Counted from the first letter of the stretch, positions 9,949 through 21,435 are shown. The stretch: DNA of 64,000 nucleotides from a virus (IMGVR_UViG_2841778323_000002:13536-77535), one strand, 5' to 3'. A program made the numbers and translations. Notes: a model not told the origin generated them from the sequence alone.

Positions 9949-10434
9949 ATGGCTGTAAGAAAGAGAAAAACAGTAGCTGACTATTTAAAGGTTGGTAAGG
10001 AGTTTGTTTTTATGGGTGTAGGATTTACGGAGTTAAATGAAAGTCCAAGTGCTAAAACAAAAAGCAAACAATATATAAATGAACAATCAGCAACAACAAG
10101 TATAACAGGATATGAAACTGAATTTGGTTTTGAAACAGACCAGATAAGAGATGAAAAAGCCATAGATTTTATATGTAACATTGGAGAACTTCAAAAAATT
10201 GGAGCAGATGCTGAAACAGAATATATAAAGGTAGATTTAGATAAGCCTGCAAAAGCCGAGAATGGATTTAGAGCAAGAAAGTTTAAGGTAGCTGTATCTA
10301 TAGACGATTTTGAAGCTAAAGACAATGAAATGAGTGCTAAAGGGAAATTACTAGGTATGGGAGACTTAGTAGTAGGAACCTTTGATACATCTACTAAGAC
10401 CTTTACAGAAGGGTTTGAAGCTAAAACAGAATAA
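9949..10434 (+). CDS. Major tail (tube) protein
   Basis: MG.GFTELNESP start; GTFD..TKTF end; position. Confidence 0.8.
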   Translation: MAVRKRKTVADYLKVGKEFVFMGVGFTELNESPSAKTKSKQYINEQSATTSITGYETEFGFETDQIRDEKAIDFICNIGELQKIGADAETEYIKVDLDKPAKAENGFRARKFKVAVSIDDFEAKDNEMSAKGKLLGMGDLVVGTFDTSTKTFTEGFEAKTE

Positions 10435-10451
10435 TTAAAGGGGTGCATGTA

Positions 10452-10853
10452 ATGATAAAGATTTTAGGTGAAGATTTTGAATTAGATACAATGGATCTAG
10501 ATGTATCTGAAACTATAGAAAAGGAAATGAAAAAAGTTCCTGAAAAACTTAACAAATTAAGCAATAATGTAACTAGGATAGAAGCGATAAGAGAAACTGT
10601 AATTATAGTTTCAGAATGTATGGATAATATTTTAGGCAAAGGTGTAAGTGAAAGAATATTTAAGGGTAAAAGAAATCTTAAATTAGCTATGAAAGCATTT
10701 GAAGAGTTGGCTATAGGCATAAGTAAAGAAGATGAAAATGTTGAAAAAGAATTTCAACAATCTATAAATAAATATTCTTCAAATAGAGTTGCTAAAAGAC
10801 ATCCAAATCATCAAAATAAGAAAATTTATAATAAAAAGTATAATAAAAAATAA
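10452..10853 (+). CDS. Tail assembly chaperone
   Basis: Position after MTP; C-terminal NR..R basic tail. Confidence 0.7.
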   Translation: MIKILGEDFELDTMDLDVSETIEKEMKKVPEKLNKLSNNVTRIEAIRETVIIVSECMDNILGKGVSERIFKGKRNLKLAMKAFEELAIGISKEDENVEKEFQQSINKYSSNRVAKRHPNHQNKKIYNKKYNKK

Positions 10854-11473
10854 TGAATATACTTATTGATTTACTACCTACAAAAGTAGAAATAGGAAAG
10901 AAGATGTACAAAATTAATTCAGATTTTCGTACATCTATTTTATTTGAATTATTGATGTATGATGATTCTATTTCTGATGAATTTAAATGTATTCAAGCTT
11001 TAGAATTGTATTACCCTTCAATACCACCAGAAAGATACTTTGAAGACGCTATACATAAAATATTATGGTTTTATAGTTGCGGCAAAGAAACTGAGAATAA
11101 AGATAAAAATACTGAAAATAGCCATTCTAAGGTAGAGAGAGTATATTCTTATGAATATGATGATAGTTATATCTATAGTGCTTTTTTAAGTCAGTATAAT
11201 ATAGATTTACAAGATATAAACGATTTACATTGGTGGAAATTTAAAGCAATGTTTGAATCTTTAAAAGAAGATAATAAGATTTGTGAAATAATGAAATATA
11301 GAGCATCTGATTTATCTAAAATAAAGGATAAAGAAGAAAAAGCATTTTATAAAAAGATGAAACAAATATATAAACTTCCTGAGTATATAGATAAAGAGCA
11401 AAAAGAAAAAGAAGATGAAATTGCTAAAATATTAATGGGGGATGGAGTATTAGATCTTGATGTACTTACTTAA
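10853..11473 (+). CDS. Gp15-like (A118) tail chaperone
   Basis: INSDFR, IYSAF..QYNIDL and LHWWKFKAMF motifs. Confidence 0.85.
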   Translation: MNILIDLLPTKVEIGKKMYKINSDFRTSILFELLMYDDSISDEFKCIQALELYYPSIPPERYFEDAIHKILWFYSCGKETENKDKNTENSHSKVERVYSYEYDDSYIYSAFLSQYNIDLQDINDLHWWKFKAMFESLKEDNKICEIMKYRASDLSKIKDKEEKAFYKKMKQIYKLPEYIDKEQKEKEDEIAKILMGDGVLDLDVLT

Positions 11474-11525
11474 GAAATAGTAGGTATTTTTTTATACCCA
11501 AATTCAAATGAAAGGAGGGTGATAT

Positions 11526-14417
11526 ATGTCAGATGGAACTATTGTAATTGATACCAGGATAGATAGTTCTGGAGCGAGAAGAGGAACTAGAGAACTATAT
11601 CAAGAAGCTAATAGATTAGCTAATGAATATAAAAGAGCTGGAATGAGCTCTTCTCAAGCTTGGAAAAGAGCTTGGAGTGAAATAGAAGGTAGTAGTAGAC
11701 GAGGATCTTCTGAAGTAAAAGGAAATATAAGCTCTATATCCTCTATTGCAAAAAAATGTGCAGCTACTTTAGGTGGATTATTTATATTAGATAAAGTCAA
11801 AGATTATGCCACTGAAGTTGTTAAAACAGGAATTAGTTATAATGCTATGTCAGAACAAGCACAGGTTGCATGGGCGACTATTTTAGGAAGTCAATCAAAA
11901 GCGTCCCAGATGATGAAAGATATTGAAAAATATGCAGCTGAAACTCCTTTTACTAAAATGGGAGTAGATACAATGGCCAAACAATTAACTAATGCTGGAT
12001 TTCATGGGAAAGAATTGTTTGACCAATTAACTAAGTTTGGTAACATGGGTTCGGCCTTTGGAATACAAGAAGATAGTTTGAAAGAAATGGTTAGACAGTA
12101 TTCTCAAGTTCAACAAGCACAAGTTGCATATACTGAAGATTTAAATATACTTCAAGATAGAGGTATTCCAATATTTAAAGCCTTAGGTGAAGTTATGGGA
12201 GTTCCTGTTTCACAGGTTAAAAAACTAGCTAGTGAAGGTAAGGTTACAGCTGATGTTTATAATAAAGCAATAGATAGTATTGCAAGTCATACAACTGGAG
12301 CTATGGAGAATCAATCAAAAACTTTTTCAGGTATGATGTCAACATTAGAAGATAACTTATCAATGTTGGCTGGAGCATTGGCAAAACCTATATTTGATAA
12401 AATGAAATATGGATTACAAGGGTTAATGCCTAAACTAGAAGAGTTTACTACTTTAGTTGGTAAAGAAGGGATAGGGAATGCAATAAGTACTATGTTTCCT
12501 CAATTAAAGCCCTTAGTAGACTTTTTTACAAATTTGTCTAATGTATTAACTACCGTTGTTATACCAGCTCTTTTAAATTTTGGTGGATGGATAGCATCTA
12601 ATATTGGGACTATTTCATTTTTAGCAACAACCATTGGTGGAGCTGTGTTAGCATTTAAAGGTTTTATGATTGTAAAAGGCATTATTTCTGCATTTCAAGA
12701 AGCTCAATTAGCAATAGCTTTATTTTCAATGAATGCTGAAGGAGCTACTATAGCACAAGGAGCATTTAATGGAATGTTGACTCTAGGAGAAACAGTTGTT
12801 GCTTTACTTACTGGAAAAGTTACTTTAGCTACTTTAGCACAGGAGGCTTGGAATGCTGTAATGGAAATGAATCCTATAGGTTTATTAGTTATGGCCATAG
12901 GAGCTTTAGTAGCAGCTTTTATTTATTTTTGGAATACATCTGAAAGCTTTAGAAACTTTTGGATTGGATTATGGGATGCTGTAAAAAATGCTTGTATTAC
13001 AGCATGGAATTCAATATGCACATTTTTTACTGATACAATACCAAATGCATTTAATAGCATAATTAATTTTTTTAAATCTGATTGGAAAGAAATATTATTA
13101 TTTATAGTTAATCCATTTGCTGGAGCTTTTATGTTAGCTTATAAACACTGTGATGGCTTTAGAAACTTTATAAATAACTTAGTAAACAATATAAAGATGT
13201 TTTTTGTAAATGGTTTTAATAATATGAAAACTTCTGTAATTAACTTTGCCGCTAATGCATTACTTACAATACAAACATGGGGTACTAATGTATGGAACTT
13301 TTTTGTAGTAACAATTCCTTCATGGATTACTAATATTTTTAATTGGTTTAATGAATTACCAAATAAAATTGGATTCGCTTTAGGTTTTGTAGTAACTAAA
13401 ATTATTATGTGGGGAGTTGGAATTTGGAATTATTTAGTGACTAATGTACCCATTTGGATTAACAATGTAGGAACATGGTTTTCAGAACTTCCAGGTAAAA
13501 TATGGACTTGGTTGTGTGATTCAATAAATAAAGTGGCTGCCTGGGGTTCAGAGATGTGGAATAAAGCTACAACTATAGCTAGTCAATTTATTTCAGATTG
13601 TATAAATTATATATGTCAATTACCAGGTAAAATATGGACTTGGTTATGTATAACAATAAATAAAGTTTCTGCTTGGGGGTCTCAAATGTGGGCTAGGGCT
13701 AAAGCTATAGCCAGTCAATTTGTTTCAGATTGTATAAACTATATATGTCAGCTACCAGGTAAAATATGGACTTGGCTTTGTAATGCAATATCTAAAGTAG
13801 CAGCTTGGGGAAGTAACCTTTGGAATACGGGTAAAAATGCAGCTTTAAGACTAGTACATGCTGTTGTTGATACTGTTAGATCTATACCTGGAAAGATGGT
13901 TTCTATTGGTAGAAATATAGTTCATGGTGTATGGAACGGTATAACAGGAGCTGCAGGATGGTTTAAAAGTAAAATTCATGATTTTTTTGGTGGAATAGTT
14001 GATGGTGCAAAATCGGCTTTAGGAATCCATTCTCCAGCTAGAAAAATGATTCCTATAGGTAAATATACTGTAGAAGGTACAGAAGTTGGTATGTCTAAAC
14101 AATTCCCTAAGATGCAAGAAAAGTTTAAAGGTAAAGTACATGGACTTGTTTCTGACATGAAAGCTAAAGTACAATATGAATCTATTTCTTTAGGAAGTTC
14201 CATTTTATCAAAGAGCAATTTTGATATCATAGAAAAAAATAATGATAAAAATAATCATTCAGATGTTTCAGGAGTTATTTCATCTTTAAATAAAACTTTA
14301 AAATCTCTTGATCCAAAGATTTACTTAGATAGTGAAGAACTTATTTACTCTAAAGCTGAATTAATAAAAAATTCTTTAGATAGTAATGAACAAAGGAATC
14401 CTAAATTTGCATATTAA
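11526..14417 (+). CDS. Tape measure protein
   Basis: AAETPF tape-measure domain, TM segments, Trp-rich repeats, LGIHSP motif. Confidence 0.92.
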   Translation: MSDGTIVIDTRIDSSGARRGTRELYQEANRLANEYKRAGMSSSQAWKRAWSEIEGSSRRGSSEVKGNISSISSIAKKCAATLGGLFILDKVKDYATEVVKTGISYNAMSEQAQVAWATILGSQSKASQMMKDIEKYAAETPFTKMGVDTMAKQLTNAGFHGKELFDQLTKFGNMGSAFGIQEDSLKEMVRQYSQVQQAQVAYTEDLNILQDRGIPIFKALGEVMGVPVSQVKKLASEGKVTADVYNKAIDSIASHTTGAMENQSKTFSGMMSTLEDNLSMLAGALAKPIFDKMKYGLQGLMPKLEEFTTLVGKEGIGNAISTMFPQLKPLVDFFTNLSNVLTTVVIPALLNFGGWIASNIGTISFLATTIGGAVLAFKGFMIVKGIISAFQEAQLAIALFSMNAEGATIAQGAFNGMLTLGETVVALLTGKVTLATLAQEAWNAVMEMNPIGLLVMAIGALVAAFIYFWNTSESFRNFWIGLWDAVKNACITAWNSICTFFTDTIPNAFNSIINFFKSDWKEILLFIVNPFAGAFMLAYKHCDGFRNFINNLVNNIKMFFVNGFNNMKTSVINFAANALLTIQTWGTNVWNFFVVTIPSWITNIFNWFNELPNKIGFALGFVVTKIIMWGVGIWNYLVTNVPIWINNVGTWFSELPGKIWTWLCDSINKVAAWGSEMWNKATTIASQFISDCINYICQLPGKIWTWLCITINKVSAWGSQMWARAKAIASQFVSDCINYICQLPGKIWTWLCNAISKVAAWGSNLWNTGKNAALRLVHAVVDTVRSIPGKMVSIGRNIVHGVWNGITGAAGWFKSKIHDFFGGIVDGAKSALGIHSPARKMIPIGKYTVEGTEVGMSKQFPKMQEKFKGKVHGLVSDMKAKVQYESISLGSSILSKSNFDIIEKNNDKNNHSDVSGVISSLNKTLKSLDPKIYLDSEELIYSKAELIKNSLDSNEQRNPKFAY
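13491..13830 (+). repeat. 132-nt (44-aa) tandem repeats in the tape measure gene
   Basis: CCAGGTAAAATATGGACTTGG at 13491, 13623 and 13755 (LPGKIWTWLC...). Confidence 0.9.
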
Positions 14418-14434
14418 GGATTACTTTTTATATT

Positions 14435-15163
14435 ATGGGGGTGATAATTATTAAAGCATATATTCAAATAGATGGTATAAACTCTTTCTATAGCTTAGGG
14501 TTACATATGTATTTAATGGATATAGAAAGTATAAATGAAGATATAGAACATACTCCAGTAGAAGGTAGAAGTGGGACACTAACAGAAAGAAAAGGTACTT
14601 ATCCAGATAGAAAGTTACGTTTTGGGTTTGACTTAAAACGTAGATCAAATGAATCTCTTGAAAGCTTTTATAGTAGGATTTTTGATGTTGAAGAATGGAT
14701 TGATAATTCTATAGGTAAGGAATTAATTTGTTTTACGAACTGTAACTTTAAATATCTAATAAAAAGTGTTTCTAAAAAAACAGATCCTACAATGCATATG
14801 TGTTCAATAGAAATAGAATTTATATGTGATCCATTTAGATATTTAGCAAATGAAACTCCTATAGTTTTAAATTCAGGCACTAATATATTCTATGTAGGAA
14901 CGATACCAGGAGAATGCAATATAAAAATATATGGGCAAGGTAATGTACAGCTTACTATAAACTCAAATACCATTATAATCAATAATATTAATGATTATGT
15001 TGAGTTAGATAGTAAGCTTTTAGAGTGCACAGATAAAGATAGATTAAGCAAAACTAGAGATATGATTGGACATTTCTTCGTATTAACAAGAGGTGATAAT
15101 AAAATTAGTTGGGTAGGTAATGTATCTAAAATTGAGATACTACCAAGGACAGCATTTAAATAG
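14435..15163 (+). CDS. Distal tail protein (Dit)
   Basis: VEGRSGTL, F.CDPFRY and L..GDNKISW motifs; after TMP. Confidence 0.8.
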   Translation: MGVIIIKAYIQIDGINSFYSLGLHMYLMDIESINEDIEHTPVEGRSGTLTERKGTYPDRKLRFGFDLKRRSNESLESFYSRIFDVEEWIDNSIGKELICFTNCNFKYLIKSVSKKTDPTMHMCSIEIEFICDPFRYLANETPIVLNSGTNIFYVGTIPGECNIKIYGQGNVQLTINSNTIIINNINDYVELDSKLLECTDKDRLSKTRDMIGHFFVLTRGDNKISWVGNVSKIEILPRTAFK

Positions 15164-15174
15164 GAGTATATATT

Positions 15175-17766
15175 ATGAGTAATAAAAAAATAGTAAAAGT
15201 ATGTATCTTTAATCAAAATGCAAATCCAGATGAAGTTGTTTATTCAAATGGGGATAAGATACTTGATAATATAATAATAGAGGCTAAAACAGATGAACAT
15301 CTTTTAACTGGTGAGTATTATTTAGATTTAGTTTCTTTGATAGATAAAGAAGGAGTTCATGAATCTTTAATTGAGGAGGCTATTATCAAGGTCCAGTTAG
15401 ACTATGGAAATGAATATTTTAGAATAGCTAAAGTAAATAGAAGTAGTAGAGATGTAAAAGTATTTGCTAGACAAATTACAATATCTGAAATGCTTGATAT
15501 GTGGATTGAGGATACTAGACCAACAGATACTAGTGGGCAAGGTGCATTATCAGTGTTAAGACAAAAATCAATAGGTAAAAAAGATATACAACTCTTTTCA
15601 GATATAGAAAAGATTAACACAGCTTATTATATGAAAATGAATGTATATCAAGCTATATATGATTGTGATCAATCTTTTATAAATAGATGGGGTGGAGAAA
15701 CCTTAAGAAGAGGGTACACTGTTTCTATAAACAATAGAATAGGAGCAGATAGAGGTGTTCAAATACGTTCCAGAAAAAATCTAACTGGATTTGAAGCTAA
15801 AACAGATATAGATAATGTATGTACTAGAATTAAGCCAACTGGATTTGATGGTATAACTATAGATGGATATATAGATAGTCCTCTTATAAAGAAATATAGT
15901 GCTGTTAAGACGAAAGAAATTAAATATGAATCTGTAAAGGTAAGGGATGAAAAAAATCCTGATGAAGGATTTAACACACTTAAAGAAGCGCAAGAGGAAC
16001 TTAAGAGATTAGCGAAGTTAGAGTTTACACAAAAGCATATAGATGAATTAAGAGCATCATATAAAATTAACTTTGTACAACTTGAATATACAGAGGAATA
16101 TAAAAACTATGTACAAGCTGAAAGAGTCTATTTAGGTGATACAGTCAATGTATATGAAGAAAAACATAAAGTACATGTTAATGTTAGATGTATTAGAAAA
16201 AAATATGATGTTTTAAGACAAAGAACTATAGAAATTGAGCTATCAAATACAGATATAAGTCAAAAGTCTATAACTACTTCGGATATATTAGCAGAGCTAA
16301 ACTCTATAATAAAAGATACTAAAAATAATAACGTACAAGATATTATCCAAAGTATGATAAATTCAGGTATTAAAGACAGTTATGTAATTCCTAGACAAAA
16401 TGAAATTATAGTAGCTGACAATAAGGATTTAAATTTAGCTCAAAATGTTTGTAGATTAAATAAAAATGGATTGGCTTTTTCTAAAGATGGCTACAGAGGC
16501 AAATATAAGTATGGTTTTACTATAAATGGAGTTATAAACGCTAGTTTAATAGCAACTGGTATACTTAGTACAATAATGATTCAGAATAAGGATGGAAGCT
16601 TACAAATTGATTTATCTGGTACAAATGGAGTTAAGTTTTTAAAAAATGGAATTAGATCTATAGAATTAGCTGGAAATATAATGAATTTTTATGATTGGGA
16701 TGGAGTAGGCAATCCAATAGGAAAGTTATTTTCTGCAAGATTATTTAATACTGAAACTCCAGGAATAATATTAGCTAACACTGTAAATAGTTATTCAGGG
16801 ATAGCTTATGAAAACCCTGATGCTACAAATGGAAAATTCCCGTTTTATATTTTATTTGATAAATATAATAAAACAGGCGAAGCCCCATATCCAATAATGC
16901 TAAGAGAAGATATTTGCATAGATCATAAAAATTTAATCTTAGATAGAGACGGTTTAAATAAGATGTACACATCAGATAATAATGATTTTATAAATAAAGC
17001 AACTAATTACTGGGGCGTTGCAAATCAATCTAATGGTTATTGGAGAGTTAGGAATGGACATGAAACTTTTGAATTATTTCATGCCTTTTCAGGAAATAGA
17101 TATGGCTTAATTTCAGAGGCTGAAACGTTCTTTGCTAAAGATGGTCATAAATATGCTCGTTTCAATCCTGGTAAGTTTGCATTTTGGGATTCAATCGGTA
17201 ATGGATATTTTTTCGTATCTGATATCGGAACTTTAGTATCTAAGTTAAAGTTCATTGCAGATAATGGAATGCATATTAATGGAGATTTCACAGTATCTGG
17301 GAATAAAAACTGTGTTCAAAAGACTGAAAAATACGGTGAAAGATTATTCTATAGTGTAGAGGATTGCGAAAGTTATTTAACAGATAGAAGTATGCATTCA
17401 TTAACTGTAGAAGAAGTTAATCATGGTAATAAAGTTACATATGAAAGAGTAGTTATATTAGATAATATATTTAAAGATAGTGTTAATCTTGATTTAGATT
17501 ATACAGTTGAAATAATAAAGCAAGGCTGGGGAGATTACAGAATAAAGGAACAAACAAAAGATTATTTTATAGTTGAATCGGATAGAAAAGATTTTACCTT
17601 TAAATATGTTGTAACAGCTAAAAGACAAGGATTTGAAGAAGAAAGAAATAAAGAAGTATTTATAGATGCTTTAAAAGAAAATGATTTAAATAATAATATT
17701 ATTGAAAATAAAGAGTATTGGAGATTATATACAGAAAAAGAAGGTGATAGTATTGGCAGTAAATAA
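15175..17766 (+). CDS. Tail spike / Tal-like (prophage endopeptidase tail) protein
   Basis: SFINRWGGE, RKNLTG and LGDTV motifs. Confidence 0.8.
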   Translation: MSNKKIVKVCIFNQNANPDEVVYSNGDKILDNIIIEAKTDEHLLTGEYYLDLVSLIDKEGVHESLIEEAIIKVQLDYGNEYFRIAKVNRSSRDVKVFARQITISEMLDMWIEDTRPTDTSGQGALSVLRQKSIGKKDIQLFSDIEKINTAYYMKMNVYQAIYDCDQSFINRWGGETLRRGYTVSINNRIGADRGVQIRSRKNLTGFEAKTDIDNVCTRIKPTGFDGITIDGYIDSPLIKKYSAVKTKEIKYESVKVRDEKNPDEGFNTLKEAQEELKRLAKLEFTQKHIDELRASYKINFVQLEYTEEYKNYVQAERVYLGDTVNVYEEKHKVHVNVRCIRKKYDVLRQRTIEIELSNTDISQKSITTSDILAELNSIIKDTKNNNVQDIIQSMINSGIKDSYVIPRQNEIIVADNKDLNLAQNVCRLNKNGLAFSKDGYRGKYKYGFTINGVINASLIATGILSTIMIQNKDGSLQIDLSGTNGVKFLKNGIRSIELAGNIMNFYDWDGVGNPIGKLFSARLFNTETPGIILANTVNSYSGIAYENPDATNGKFPFYILFDKYNKTGEAPYPIMLREDICIDHKNLILDRDGLNKMYTSDNNDFINKATNYWGVANQSNGYWRVRNGHETFELFHAFSGNRYGLISEAETFFAKDGHKYARFNPGKFAFWDSIGNGYFFVSDIGTLVSKLKFIADNGMHINGDFTVSGNKNCVQKTEKYGERLFYSVEDCESYLTDRSMHSLTVEEVNHGNKVTYERVVILDNIFKDSVNLDLDYTVEIIKQGWGDYRIKEQTKDYFIVESDRKDFTFKYVVTAKRQGFEEERNKEVFIDALKENDLNNNIIENKEYWRLYTEKEGDSIGSK

Positions 17767-20434
17767 CTTTCATTTTAAGCTAGACATAGAAAGAGAAGAT
17801 CATATACCAAAGTTTAGATTAAAGCAGTATGACACTGCTATTTTTTATGCATCTTTATATAAAAATGGACTTCCTTATCATTTTGAAAATGAAAAAATTA
17901 AAATGTTTGTAAAAAAAGCAGATGGAACTATAGTATATCAAGAAGATAATATAACTATTCAAGATGATGAAGTTAAAATAAATGTAAAAAATCAAGCATT
18001 AACAGCAAGTGGATTAACTTATGCTGAACTAGAATTTAAGTCATTAAGTGGTCAAGTAACAACAGCTACATTTGTATTTGATGTAAGAGAAAAAGTAGGC
18101 TCTGATAAGGCTATAGAATCTGTTACAGATATATCTACATTGGAAAAACTTGATAAGTATATTGGACAAGCTAAGAAAGAACTTGATAAGTTTAAAAAAG
18201 ATTTAGCTAATTTAGAAGACCTTGTTGCTAATAAAAATACATTAGAAAAACAAAATACAGATGCTAGAGTTAATGTAGTTGAACTTGGAAAGATTGTAGA
18301 TCAAGCTAATGGAATAGTTTCTGATGCAGGGAAAAAAATAAATAAAAATAATATTGTAGTAGATACGGTAAATGGATATGTACAAGATATTTACTTTAAA
18401 GGTAAGACATTATTCAATATAATCCCTTTAGACCCTTCTAAATGGGTTTTAGGTAGTGGTACTGGTGGAGATTTAGGTATAAATGGATATTACCAAATTT
18501 TATTAAGTAGTCTACAAATAAAGCCTAATACCAACTACAGTTATAGATTATTTGGATTACCTGAAAAATATAACTCTCATTGGTTTCATTTAACAGCTTC
18601 AAACCGTAATACAAGTACACAAGGAACTTTTACATCCTTATCTGAAATAGGTGAATCATTTATTCATTTATATCCTAAAGAAGGTCAAAGGTTTACTTTA
18701 GATGATGTAAAAAATGTAAAAATTGTTTTAGTAGAAGGCAATGAAAAAATAGATACCTATTTTGAAGGTATTAAGTCTATAGGTGATGGTGTTGATAATA
18801 TAGAAATATCAACTTTTAAAGCTGAAAATAATTTATTTAACCCTAATGAATGTATAAATGGTAAATATGTAAGTGATGGTGGAGCTTTAGCTGTTCCATC
18901 TAGTCCTAATAACCCTAAAGACTATAATGTAGCTTTTATAAAAGTTCCAGAAGGTGATTTTTCAATAAATGTAAGTGGTTTAACTAATAGTGTTGTAACT
19001 GGAGATAAATTTGCCTACATGGGATTTTATGATAACAATAAAAATCCTATAGACTATAAATATTTTAATGTTAAAAATCCATACACTAAAACATTTACTA
19101 ATTCAGATATAGGATTTGTAGCTGTAACTGTTAAAAATGAAGATATTAAAAGTTTAAATATAACTCTTTCAACAGATTTAAAACCTTACACAGAAAGTAT
19201 ATATAGTAAAAAGAATTTATTATATTATGATCCTATAGATAAAGTATGGAAGAAGCCTATTGTAAGAGGTATTAATGATTCTTATTTTGATTATATATGT
19301 GAACGTAATGGAAAAACATATTATCATAAAAAATGTAAACGTAAAATTATAAGTGGTAGTGAAAACTGGGGTATTGATGCTGGGCAAAGCACAGGTACAA
19401 AAAGTAAAATGTTTGTACTTTTCCAAAGTGATTTAGGTAATAATGTTCCGTTAATATGTGATAAATTTCTAAATACTAGTATTTATGGAAAAGATAATAT
19501 AGAAGGTATTAGTATTGTAAGTGGAGCTATAAGAGTTAGAGTATTTAATAATAAACTAGTAAGTAACGATGAAGAAGGTTTTAAACAATTCTGTAAAAAA
19601 AATAATTTTGAAGTAGTATATCCAACAACTAAAGAAGAAGTATATGAATGCTTAGATGTATCACCTAGAGTATTTAGAAGTAAGACTTTATTTTCAATTA
19701 ATAGTGGAGCTATATCACCTAGAGAATTAAATTATTATGTTCCTATATCTTTTGCAGCAGCTGACAATAGTATTTGCGAAAAACTTGAAAATATAGACTT
19801 AAATAGCTTTGATTTAAATTCAATTAAATTACCTGGTTTAAATTTAAAAGATTCTTTAGATACAAAATACCTTAATATAAATAAAGGGGATATATTTAAC
19901 TTTAATGAAACTATTGAGCCTGGAAGATATTCTGTAGGATCAGAAACTACTTTACCTGGAGCACCTTTTCCGAATTCTATATATGGAAGTTTGATCGTTT
20001 TACCTAGAAGGGGAAAAGAAAAGCAACAAATATTTTTAACTATAGACGGTTATATTTCTTCAAGGTTTCTAAATTATCAAGGTAGTTGGAGTGATTGGTA
20101 TAGAATTCCTAAATTGAATGATTTTGAGGGAAAAAATAGCCAAACTAATGGGTATCAAAAATTTCCTAATGGTACGATAATACAGTGGGGAAGTACAATA
20201 ATAAAATTTGATGGTTATAGGGCACATGGTTATTTATACTATCCTATAGCATTTTCTGAATATGCACACTGTACAGGTAACGTAGCATCAAATAGCTACG
20301 GTGGATATTGTGAAACAACAGGAACTGTATCAGGTGATAATTTAACACGTGGATATGCAGAGGCTTTAGACTTTGAAAGTAAAAATGAAAATGGTAAAGA
20401 CGTAAGAATCCAGTGGATTGCAATTGGAAGATAG
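17753..20434 (+). CDS. BppU-domain baseplate/tail fibre (receptor-binding) protein
   Basis: TTG start with RBS AAGGTGA; BppU-like N-terminus (KQYDT...KKADG); gp53-like C-terminus NGYQKFPNGTIIQWG...WIAIG. Confidence 0.8.
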   Translation: MAVNNFHFKLDIEREDHIPKFRLKQYDTAIFYASLYKNGLPYHFENEKIKMFVKKADGTIVYQEDNITIQDDEVKINVKNQALTASGLTYAELEFKSLSGQVTTATFVFDVREKVGSDKAIESVTDISTLEKLDKYIGQAKKELDKFKKDLANLEDLVANKNTLEKQNTDARVNVVELGKIVDQANGIVSDAGKKINKNNIVVDTVNGYVQDIYFKGKTLFNIIPLDPSKWVLGSGTGGDLGINGYYQILLSSLQIKPNTNYSYRLFGLPEKYNSHWFHLTASNRNTSTQGTFTSLSEIGESFIHLYPKEGQRFTLDDVKNVKIVLVEGNEKIDTYFEGIKSIGDGVDNIEISTFKAENNLFNPNECINGKYVSDGGALAVPSSPNNPKDYNVAFIKVPEGDFSINVSGLTNSVVTGDKFAYMGFYDNNKNPIDYKYFNVKNPYTKTFTNSDIGFVAVTVKNEDIKSLNITLSTDLKPYTESIYSKKNLLYYDPIDKVWKKPIVRGINDSYFDYICERNGKTYYHKKCKRKIISGSENWGIDAGQSTGTKSKMFVLFQSDLGNNVPLICDKFLNTSIYGKDNIEGISIVSGAIRVRVFNNKLVSNDEEGFKQFCKKNNFEVVYPTTKEEVYECLDVSPRVFRSKTLFSINSGAISPRELNYYVPISFAAADNSICEKLENIDLNSFDLNSIKLPGLNLKDSLDTKYLNINKGDIFNFNETIEPGRYSVGSETTLPGAPFPNSIYGSLIVLPRRGKEKQQIFLTIDGYISSRFLNYQGSWSDWYRIPKLNDFEGKNSQTNGYQKFPNGTIIQWGSTIIKFDGYRAHGYLYYPIAFSEYAHCTGNVASNSYGGYCETTGTVSGDNLTRGYAEALDFESKNENGKDVRIQWIAIGR

Positions 20435-20445
20435 GAGGTTCTAAA

Positions 20446-20946
20446 TTGAAAATTTATTTACATTATAAAGAAGGTAGTTTTACTTTTAATGGGTTTTATT
20501 TAGATGAATATAATGAAGCTATTCCTAGCCCTAATATAATGATTAATCAACAATTATGGGAATATCTAAGATGCTTAACAAATGATTTTAAATTAAAAGA
20601 AAACTTTGAGTTAAAAGAACTTTATACAATTGAAGATAAAGATATATTTGAAATAATTCCTTTTAAGTATGAAAAGTCAAAGCCAACTAGAACTGATTTA
20701 TTAGAAAAACAAAATGCATTTTTAATAAAAGAAAGTCTAGAAAAAGATATTCAAATTAAGGAATTAAATATAAACTTAGCACAAGCAACTTTAAAATCAA
20801 TTAACAAAGATATTGAAATAAATAATTTAAATAGTAATATGGCTCAAACAACTTTAAATTTAGTTAATAAAGATATACAAGTTAAAGATATAGAAAAAGA
20901 TGTTGCTAATCTAATATTAAAATCATTAACATTAGGAGGTAATTAA
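20446..20946 (+). CDS. Tail-fibre-associated protein with coiled-coil repeats
   Basis: RBS AGGAGG before TTG; KDI(Q/E)I repeats; between fibre gene and xkdX. Confidence 0.6.
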   Translation: MKIYLHYKEGSFTFNGFYLDEYNEAIPSPNIMINQQLWEYLRCLTNDFKLKENFELKELYTIEDKDIFEIIPFKYEKSKPTRTDLLEKQNAFLIKESLEKDIQIKELNINLAQATLKSINKDIEINNLNSNMAQTTLNLVNKDIQVKDIEKDVANLILKSLTLGGN

Positions 20947-20948
20947 AA

Positions 20949-21134
20949 ATGGATAAATGGTATTTTGAAATGGCAAAGAAATATTTTGATTTAAAAATAT
21001 ATAAGGTAGATGATGTTAGGTTATTTGTTCAAGCTGAAAGAATAACAAAAGAACAGTTTAAAGAAATAACTGGCGAAGATTATGATAAGCCTATTAATAA
21101 TTTACCGATAAAGATAACTGAAGACAATAAATAA
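20949..21134 (+). CDS. XkdX family protein
   Basis: FV...ITKEQFKEITGEDY motif. Confidence 0.85.
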   Translation: MDKWYFEMAKKYFDLKIYKVDDVRLFVQAERITKEQFKEITGEDYDKPINNLPIKITEDNK

Positions 21135-21185
21135 TGAAGGACTATAAAAGATAGTTCTATTTTTATGCAATTTTTAGGAGGGTGT

Positions 21186-21419
21186 ATGAATAATGAAGTA
21201 GCAGACCATATGTTAGAAGCACATGAAAGACGTATTAATAATCATTCTGAAAGATTAGATAAATTAGAACAGAGTGATGCTAAAAGAGAAATACAAATAG
21301 ATAATTTATGTAAAAGTATAGAAGGACTTGTAAACACATTAAAATGGGGCTTTGGCTTTATATGTAGTGGTGTTATAGGTTTCTTTTTTTATGCAATACA
21401 AAATCATTTATTTAAATAA
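21186..21419 (+). CDS. XhlA-like membrane lysis protein
   Basis: Coiled coil plus C-terminal TM; lysis module. Confidence 0.75.
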   Translation: MNNEVADHMLEAHERRINNHSERLDKLEQSDAKREIQIDNLCKSIEGLVNTLKWGFGFICSGVIGFFFYAIQNHLFK

Positions 21420-21435
21420 AAAGGAGATAAGTTAA

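Noticed and set aside
11590-11690. Similarity of the TMP N-terminal segment (GMSSSQAW..AW) to the 43-aa ORF at 34668 (GITEQEAW..AL)
   Set aside because: Too short to distinguish from chance
17753-20434. Diversity-generating retroelement or invertible tail-fibre cassette
   Set aside because: No reverse transcriptase, adenine-variant template repeat or invertase seen near either fibre gene
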